Source of the DNA: a virus
Direction: 5' to 3' (one strand)
Length of the DNA stretch: 64,000 nucleotides
IMG/VR virus record: IMGVR_UViG_3300021961_008712
Coordinates: 96,001 to 160,000 of that record
In this document: positions 57,831-64,000 of the stretch, one piece after another
How the letters are laid out: each line of letters begins with the position of its first letter
How positions within the stretch are numbered: the stretch's first letter is position 1
Made by a program: the position numbers and the translations under genes
Notes under the pieces: generated by a model
What the model saw: only the letters and a program-made list of their open reading frames with translations
Told to the model about the DNA's origin: nothing
Databases searched by the model: none

Positions 57831-58663
57831 TAACACACTGTATTAGTACATATAGAAACTTAAATTACCTAAAACTAGCTGTAGAATCGGTTAGAAAACA
57901 TTCTTATTATAAAGATGCACCATTTATAATACACTCAGATGAATCTAATGATGACGGGACTAACGAATGGCTGATAGAAAATAAAGATAAGTTTAACTTA
58001 ACTCCTATCATTAAAGATCTTAACCCATCAGGGATAGGACCAGGAATGAATATTTGTGCTGAACATGTAGAGACAGAATACATTAACTTTCTTCACTCAG
58101 ACTTTTATGTCACTGAAAATTGGGACTTAGAACTAATGAAAATACATGAGCAGTTTCCAGATAAAAAACTTTGGGTTAATTCGTTTCGTATAGAACCGAA
58201 TATGTTTGGTGACCGAGACAGGTGGGGTACTCACTTTGTTCCTAAAGAAGCTTTTGGAGCATATTATAATGATTTTCAAGCTGAGCTTCTATTAGGTTAT
58301 GCCAAAGTAATAATAGACCTTAATAGAGATGTTACTATACCCAAAGGTGAAGGAGTATCTGGTCTGGTGAAGAAAAGCGTATGGGATGAGACAGGAGGAA
58401 ATGATGATAGGTTTGCTCCTACTAGTTGGGACGACTACGACCTCTTTTGGAGAATGCTTCAGAATGGAGTAGAATTCATTATGCCAGTTAATTCTATTGT
58501 ATGGCACTTTGGAGCTAGAGGTTCACATAGACTTGAAGAAAATAAAGGAAAGACTTCTGCAAGGCAAAAAAAGCATGAACAAATTAATGCTAGAAAGTTT
58601 TATGATAAATGGGGAGGATTCCCTGAGTTTGATACATACGGAATGATATGCGGCATACAGTAA
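57827..58663 (+). CDS. glycosyltransferase family 2
   Basis: DDGT, LHSD, GGNDDRF, WDDYD, VWHF. Confidence 0.88.
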   Translation: MITHCISTYRNLNYLKLAVESVRKHSYYKDAPFIIHSDESNDDGTNEWLIENKDKFNLTPIIKDLNPSGIGPGMNICAEHVETEYINFLHSDFYVTENWDLELMKIHEQFPDKKLWVNSFRIEPNMFGDRDRWGTHFVPKEAFGAYYNDFQAELLLGYAKVIIDLNRDVTIPKGEGVSGLVKKSVWDETGGNDDRFAPTSWDDYDLFWRMLQNGVEFIMPVNSIVWHFGARGSHRLEENKGKTSARQKKHEQINARKFYDKWGGFPEFDTYGMICGIQ

Positions 58664-59796
58664 TAATACCTTCTCATAATACATTAGAGCACTTGAAGAA
58701 TACTTACAAGAGCGTAATAAAGTATGGAAATGGAGCAAAGATGATCATCATAGATGATGCTTCCACAGACGGTACTAAAGAGTGGCTAACAGAATACTTT
58801 CTCAATGATGTATACAATGATGTAGAAGTAATTATCTCAAAGCAGAGACGAGGACACACGTACTGGTACGATGAAGGAATGAGGAGAGCAGATACAGAAA
58901 TAGTATCCATTCTACACTCAGACATGATAATTGGACCTAATTACTTTGACAACATGCTCAAGCATCTTAAAAGAGGAAAAGTAGTTTGTGCTACCAGAAT
59001 AGAACCGCCGATTCATCCTGCAGGTAGAGAGAAAATAGTTAGAAATTTTGGTGATGAAGCTAAAGATTTCTTGTGGGATACTTTTGAAAAATTTGTACTA
59101 AAAGAAAAAGAAGAGCAGAAAGATGTCACAACTCAAGGCATGTTTGCTCCATGGATGCTTTATAAAGAAGATCATTTATCGATAGGAGGACATGATCAAA
59201 GATTTGCCCCTTATGGATACGAAGACTCAGATATATTCAATAGATGGATTTTAGCTGGATACGAAATGGTACAATCCAGAGATGCTCTTTGTTATCATAT
59301 GACTTGCAGAGGTCATAGATGGAATGCAGGAGTAGGAATAGAGAATTCTGATTATAGGTCTACGATGGATAGATGTAGAAGAGAATATATTCGTAAGTGG
59401 GGCGATTGGATTCATAATGATGAATATCAAATGCCTATAATTTATCCTAGATATAACAGAGGTATAGTTCTTAAAAATGGAAATATAAACCTAGTCACTG
59501 AGCTTGAACCTTGGGCTGATACCCTATATACTGATTTTGCATTCGAAGAGTACATCGTATCAGAACAGGCAAAAACAGTAGTTAATTTAAAAGAAAAGGT
59601 ATTACCGTTGGAGCATTCAAAAAATAACCATATATTTATAGAAGTAGACGGTAATAATATAACCCAACAGGATTTTATTTACATTCAACAGCTATCAGCA
59701 ATACTCTCTAACAGTAAGCCAGCAGCTGGAGAGTTTAAGTTAGGCAATTTAAAGTTATTAATTATTAAATACCATGAAGAAAAAATACACAGTTGA
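58648..59796 (+). CDS. glycosyltransferase family 2
   Basis: IIPSHN, DDASTDGT, LHSD, GGHDQRF, YEDSD. Confidence 0.9.
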   Translation: MRHTVIIPSHNTLEHLKNTYKSVIKYGNGAKMIIIDDASTDGTKEWLTEYFLNDVYNDVEVIISKQRRGHTYWYDEGMRRADTEIVSILHSDMIIGPNYFDNMLKHLKRGKVVCATRIEPPIHPAGREKIVRNFGDEAKDFLWDTFEKFVLKEKEEQKDVTTQGMFAPWMLYKEDHLSIGGHDQRFAPYGYEDSDIFNRWILAGYEMVQSRDALCYHMTCRGHRWNAGVGIENSDYRSTMDRCRREYIRKWGDWIHNDEYQMPIIYPRYNRGIVLKNGNINLVTELEPWADTLYTDFAFEEYIVSEQAKTVVNLKEKVLPLEHSKNNHIFIEVDGNNITQQDFIYIQQLSAILSNSKPAAGEFKLGNLKLLIIKYHEEKIHS

Positions 59797-59950
59797 GTTC
59801 ACTTACTCCAATGGACAGAAAGAAGAAGTAGTTTTTGAAACAGACAATATTAAGTGGAGTATGGATCAGTGGATCAGAAATAGAAGTATTGCTAAAAGAA
59901 AAATTATAGACGAAAACGCAACAGATAGTAAGCAGATGCTTTTCGGCTAG
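59774..59950 (+). CDS. small hypothetical protein (58 aa, not in ORF track)
   Basis: MKKKYTVEF...KQMLFG. Confidence 0.65.
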   Translation: MKKKYTVEFTYSNGQKEEVVFETDNIKWSMDQWIRNRSIAKRKIIDENATDSKQMLFG

Positions 59951-59974
59951 CTATTTATTATAAATCAGTATTCG

Positions 59975-60346
59975 ATGAAAAAATTAGAAAATTATATTAA
60001 AAGTGTCATTTCAGAAGCAGCAAAAATTAATTTTGCCGGACACTCTTTCATTTTGAAAGTAGATACGAATGAGGACCCTCAGAAAAAAGGAGTTAAGGTT
60101 CAATTTCTTCCTACTGAGTTTGGTTCTATCACGCCCACAGAACAGAATGATATTGCTATTGAATTAGAAACTCGATTAGAAAAAGGCTTAGGTGAGTTTG
60201 ATATGAGAGTTGAAAGAGATAGAAACTTAAAAGATAAGACAATTATAGGATTCTTTATTTATATAGAATACTTCGATAGAATTATTAGAAAAGCTCTATC
60301 AGGTCAAAACCCAGGTCAGGTTGAAGCTGAACCAGAGGCAGTGTAG
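59975..60346 (+). CDS. hypothetical protein
   Basis: Follows a TATTTAT motif. Confidence 0.75.
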   Translation: MKKLENYIKSVISEAAKINFAGHSFILKVDTNEDPQKKGVKVQFLPTEFGSITPTEQNDIAIELETRLEKGLGEFDMRVERDRNLKDKTIIGFFIYIEYFDRIIRKALSGQNPGQVEAEPEAV

Positions 60347-60374
60347 ATATTTTACAACCTAAACGTAGAACATA

Positions 60375-60785
60375 ATGGCACCAAGAAAACCAATCCAGGC
60401 TTTGAGACAAGTTCTACATTCGATTCATAAAGTAGGTTATAGAATTAGAAGTGTTTCACCTGATAAAGAGAGTATGAACAAAGCGTCTTTTATTAGAATA
60501 CTTACTAATCTTAAGAAGATTGAAGATAGGAGAGATTTCATGCAGGATGAAATCGGAATGGATATGACAATGTACGAAGAGACTTTCTTCCAAGTTATAG
60601 AAGATTTATTTAAAATAACATTTGGTAAAGAGCAATGCGCATTAATTCAAATGTACCTTTACCAATTAGTACCTGATAAAGAATGGGACGGTACTATCAC
60701 AATAGAAAAAGATAAAAAAGAACTTCAAGTTAACTTTAGAACACCAGAAGATGTTTGGAAAGTTCTCAAAGAAATATCTTCATAA
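60375..60785 (+). CDS. hypothetical protein
   Basis: ORF with coding-like composition. Confidence 0.75.
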   Translation: MAPRKPIQALRQVLHSIHKVGYRIRSVSPDKESMNKASFIRILTNLKKIEDRRDFMQDEIGMDMTMYEETFFQVIEDLFKITFGKEQCALIQMYLYQLVPDKEWDGTITIEKDKKELQVNFRTPEDVWKVLKEISS

Positions 60786-60842
60786 ACAGTTGGAATTCTG
60801 ATTCTTTTTTCTTATCTTTATGTTTAAATCAATAAAAGTTAT

Positions 60843-61190
60843 ATGAAGACACCTCTTACTATGATTCCTTGTCCCAAATGCGGTGAGGACTTTCCAGAAC
60901 TTAGAAAAACTCAATACGGATACAATTTCTGTGTAAATTGTTCAGGTGTAGAGAAAAAAGTTGGAATTACCACAGTTGAAGGAACTGGAGATCATACTTA
61001 CAACGATCTTATTATTATGGATGCTTCTAAAGCTAGACGAATAGCTGAACTGGAAGCATACTATAAGGGCGACAAAAAAACCTTACTAGAAATGCAAAAT
61101 TGGGATGAGGAAGATGATACAGCAGTATCACAATCCCTAAAAGAAAGTATCAATAGAGTTCTTGATGATGAACTCGAAGATTACGATTAA
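60843..61190 (+). CDS. zinc-finger protein (DksA/TraR-like C4 pattern)
   Basis: CPKCG...R...CVNCS. Confidence 0.65.
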   Translation: MKTPLTMIPCPKCGEDFPELRKTQYGYNFCVNCSGVEKKVGITTVEGTGDHTYNDLIIMDASKARRIAELEAYYKGDKKTLLEMQNWDEEDDTAVSQSLKESINRVLDDELEDYD

Positions 61191-61822
61191 TGGCTAGACC
61201 CTCAAAAATTATACTGAAAGAAGATATAGAACGAGCTATGAAAAGAACCCGTTCTAATATGGCAGCAGCCAGATATCTTCGTGTGTCTTATGATCATTAT
61301 AAGAAGTACGCTAAGATGTATAAGAACGATGAGGGAGTTAGTTTATTAGAAGCTCATAAAAATCAAGAAGGAAAAGGTATTCCTAAATTTGCTCTAAAAG
61401 GTAAAGATAAGATTCCTTTAATGGACCTATTGGAAGGTAGAGTTCCGATAGAACATTTCGATGCTCAGGATATCAAAAGAAGACTAATATTCGAAGGCAT
61501 GATTGAAGAGAGATGTGCTTCCTGTGACTTTTCAGAAAGAAGAGTTACTGATGCTAAAGTACCTGTTATTCTTAGCTTTAAAGATGGTAACAAAAAAAAT
61601 TGGCATTTAGACAACCTTGAGTTTCTCTGCTATAATTGTTCATTTCTGTATGCAGCATCGCCTATTGAAGAGAAACAAGCAGAGGCAATGGAAGACTACG
61701 TTAAAACACGTAATGATGAGCCTGATTGGGAGTTAGATGAGCATCATATAGCTCATTTAAAAGAATTAGGACTATACGACGAAGAAGATAACTCCGGTGA
61801 GGAGTATATTTCTAGATTGTAA
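61190..61822 (+). CDS. HTH plus degenerate HNH-domain protein
   Basis: SNMAAARYLRVS helix-turn-helix; CASC...DGNKKNW.LDNLEFLCYNC. Confidence 0.7.
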   Translation: MARPSKIILKEDIERAMKRTRSNMAAARYLRVSYDHYKKYAKMYKNDEGVSLLEAHKNQEGKGIPKFALKGKDKIPLMDLLEGRVPIEHFDAQDIKRRLIFEGMIEERCASCDFSERRVTDAKVPVILSFKDGNKKNWHLDNLEFLCYNCSFLYAASPIEEKQAEAMEDYVKTRNDEPDWELDEHHIAHLKELGLYDEEDNSGEEYISRL

Positions 61823-61836
61823 AACTATTTATTTAT

Positions 61837-61989
61837 ATGGCAAAGAAGAAAACTAACAAGCTTTCAACTTTCAAAAAACAAAAACCTCTTGAAAGAAAAG
61901 TGGCTGACCAGCTGGTTAAGACACATGAACGTAATGAAAAGTTACGTGAAAAGTCAATCTCTACAGACTTTTTAAAATTCTTTAATTAA
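61837..61989 (+). CDS. small basic hypothetical protein (50 aa, not in ORF track)
   Basis: ATG after a TATTTAT motif. Confidence 0.55.
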   Translation: MAKKKTNKLSTFKKQKPLERKVADQLVKTHERNEKLREKSISTDFLKFFN

Positions 61990-62000
61990 AAACAACTATT

Positions 62001-62588
62001 ATGAAAAACTTATCCGTATTAGGAGGAGGAATGATTATCTTTGGATTAATCGTCGCCTTTACACCAATATCAAGAAGTTTCAATAAAGTCGAAATACTTT
62101 CTTTTTTAGAACCAAGACCCGTTGAATTAATAGATATTGAAATAGAAGCACCAGACATACTTGAAGACTACAGAAGTCATGATGCATTTCTAGAAGCAAT
62201 AGGATTTAGAGAATCTGGCAATAGCTATACAGCTGTAAATAGATTTGGATACATGGGAAGATACCAGTTTGGTATGAAAACCCTCAGAGCATTAGGATAT
62301 GAAGGAACTAGAGACGAATTTTTAGTTTCTCCTCACATTCAAGAGCATGCAATGCGAGAATTACTGTTGCATAATCAAAATAAACTTCGTAAATTAATAG
62401 AAGAGTATGATGGTGAAATAGTTCATGGAATAGAAATAACAGAATCAGGAATATTAGCAGCAGCACATCTAGCCGGTGTTAGTAATGTTAAAAAGTTTTT
62501 TAACAAAGGAAAAGAATTCAGAGACGGTTTTGGAACTTCAATGACTTCTTACATGGTTAAGTTTTCTGGTTATAACTTAGATTTATAA
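62001..62588 (+). CDS. membrane-anchored lysozyme or lytic transglycosylase-like protein
   Basis: N-terminal TM; AIGFRESG, MGRYQFG, LAAAHLAG. Confidence 0.8.
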   Translation: MKNLSVLGGGMIIFGLIVAFTPISRSFNKVEILSFLEPRPVELIDIEIEAPDILEDYRSHDAFLEAIGFRESGNSYTAVNRFGYMGRYQFGMKTLRALGYEGTRDEFLVSPHIQEHAMRELLLHNQNKLRKLIEEYDGEIVHGIEITESGILAAAHLAGVSNVKKFFNKGKEFRDGFGTSMTSYMVKFSGYNLDL

Positions 62589-63338
62589 ATGGCAGTAAAA
62601 AAGATTATCTTCTTAGGGGATACATTTACAAGAGGTGATGGAGCTGAATGGCCCGGAATGTTTCCTAAATTAGGAGCATTACCAAATGATTTTAAACAGA
62701 ACAATTGGCAGCTTAGACTTAGAAAAGAAGTAAATGACTTTAGTCAGCTAGCTAGAGATTTTAACGAATTTTATGGACCTAGGCTTGTTAAGAATAGTGA
62801 GTACGTAATAGAGACTAGAAAGGAAAACGGATGGACTAAAAGAGTAGCAGAACACTTTAAGGTTCCATTTAAAAACTATTCTAATAACTTTAAGTCTATA
62901 GGAGAATATCTTCCATTTTTAAATTACCACAGCGACGATGATTTAAAAGATTGTTTAGTTGTAGGAGGTATTTTACCTATTTTCTCTGATCTAACGTTTA
63001 ACCACTCTAATAAAAGTCAGTTAAAAAATATCACAATACCTTATTTTGCTTCACAGCTTCTTCTTATAAAAGAGTTTGTAGAAAATAGAGGAGGAATCTT
63101 TATTTACTTTCATACATTTGACTTTCCAGAAGAGCTATATAATCCAGAATATAATCCTTATTTACTTGAGCTTAGACCGTTATTATTACTAGACGGCCTT
63201 TTAGAGAATAATATTGGACAGTCTTTCAGGTATAGGAAATTTGATGGTATTCATTACGACCTAGGTGGTCAAAAAGAAATAGCAAAAATTATTATAGATC
63301 AGTTGGAATCCTCAGAGTTTATTCATATATTTAGGTAA
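62589..63338 (+). CDS. SGNH hydrolase-like protein
   Basis: FLGDTFTRG...DGIHY. Confidence 0.6.
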   Translation: MAVKKIIFLGDTFTRGDGAEWPGMFPKLGALPNDFKQNNWQLRLRKEVNDFSQLARDFNEFYGPRLVKNSEYVIETRKENGWTKRVAEHFKVPFKNYSNNFKSIGEYLPFLNYHSDDDLKDCLVVGGILPIFSDLTFNHSNKSQLKNITIPYFASQLLLIKEFVENRGGIFIYFHTFDFPEELYNPEYNPYLLELRPLLLLDGLLENNIGQSFRYRKFDGIHYDLGGQKEIAKIIIDQLESSEFIHIFR

Positions 63339-63354
63339 GTTAAAATTAAAGGTT

Positions 63355-63678
63355 ATGGCAGAAAAAAGAGGACTAGAGCAACTTAATCTGATCAATGATT
63401 ATAATATGGCTGGTTGCTTAGAGATTTATAACTCTGAGTTAGGAGGATGGTACAGGGTAACTTGTAAGGATTTTAGATCATTTAATGGGCCTAGACGAAT
63501 TACCGAACCTGAATATGTAGAGCACGGTAATGTAAATGTTCCTATGGTAACTTACGAATACTACGGTCCAGTCTTTGCTTGGGGTACTAATACAGTCGTA
63601 GAGTATTCCGACACAGGTTCATTAGAGAAGAGTGCAATTTGGGAACAAGCAAGAAAGATATCTAACCAAAGAGGTTAA
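63355..63678 (+). CDS. hypothetical protein
   Basis: Has its own promoter at 63303. Confidence 0.7.
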   Translation: MAEKRGLEQLNLINDYNMAGCLEIYNSELGGWYRVTCKDFRSFNGPRRITEPEYVEHGNVNVPMVTYEYYGPVFAWGTNTVVEYSDTGSLEKSAIWEQARKISNQRG

Positions 63679-63974
63679 TGAAAAAACTAAATTTTAATAC
63701 TACAGAGGAATTTGAACAGCTATTCAATAAGAAAAATGAAGCAGTTACAGATGCTATTGTTCAAGCAATAGAACTAGCTATTACGGAACGTAAAAGTACT
63801 GCTAAGGTATTTAGTATCACATTTGCTGATTATGACCTATGTTATGAGATTTCACTTCCAAAAGTTGAATGGGTCGGATCTCTTGATTCTTGTTTAAATT
63901 TTTACCATGATAATAATTGTGTTGATAAAGCTATCGATACTTGGAAATTAAGAGAAGCAGCAAAAACATTATGA
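63678..63974 (+). CDS. hypothetical protein
   Basis: Coupled ORF. Confidence 0.7.
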   Translation: MKKLNFNTTEEFEQLFNKKNEAVTDAIVQAIELAITERKSTAKVFSITFADYDLCYEISLPKVEWVGSLDSCLNFYHDNNCVDKAIDTWKLREAAKTL

Positions 63975-64000
63975 AAGTAGTTCAGAGTTATATTCCATTT

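Noticed and set aside
1-64000. Minus-strand ORFs and out-of-frame + ORFs (e.g. 17-406, 1393-1893, 15976-16356, 38770-39108, 38777-39250)
   Set aside because: They are shadows of well-supported + strand genes and carry no recognisable motifs.

Overview
This is a 64-kb segment of a large, AT-rich tailed dsDNA phage. All credible genes are on the + strand and use the standard code. The host is very likely Bacteroidota (Flavobacteria-like): about 18 TTG-N19/20-TAnnTT promoters, AT-rich leaders without Shine-Dalgarno sequences, and an Hc1-like protein. The window holds: replication and nucleotide genes (DnaB-type helicase, nrdB/nrdA, thioredoxin, family A polymerase, PD-(D/E)XK nuclease); a complete 7-deazaguanine pathway (folE, queD, queE plus ferredoxin, queC, queF, a TGT-fold DpdA-like protein, a PurN-like formyltransferase) interleaved with a purine PRTase, a MazG-like pyrophosphatase and an NMP kinase; chaperones (hsp20, groES, groEL, a J-domain protein); nadE; tRNA-Thr; an outer-membrane CsgG/cohesin/beta-barrel module; a lysis cassette; and a large glycan, nonulosonic acid and sulfation island. 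Most notable are two preQ1-I-like riboswitch aptamers in front of the queD/queE and folE transcription units, plus a third pseudoknot before queC. Together they suggest metabolite feedback control of a phage guanine-replacement pathway. Other candidates are a kissing-loop three-way-junction RNA before the tRNA, a ~20-bp long-range helix enclosing hsp20, a shared aliphatic C-terminal tag on modification enzymes, and an in-frame TAA splitting a repeat-rich structural-like gene. All calls come from reading motifs by eye; no searches or folding programs were run.
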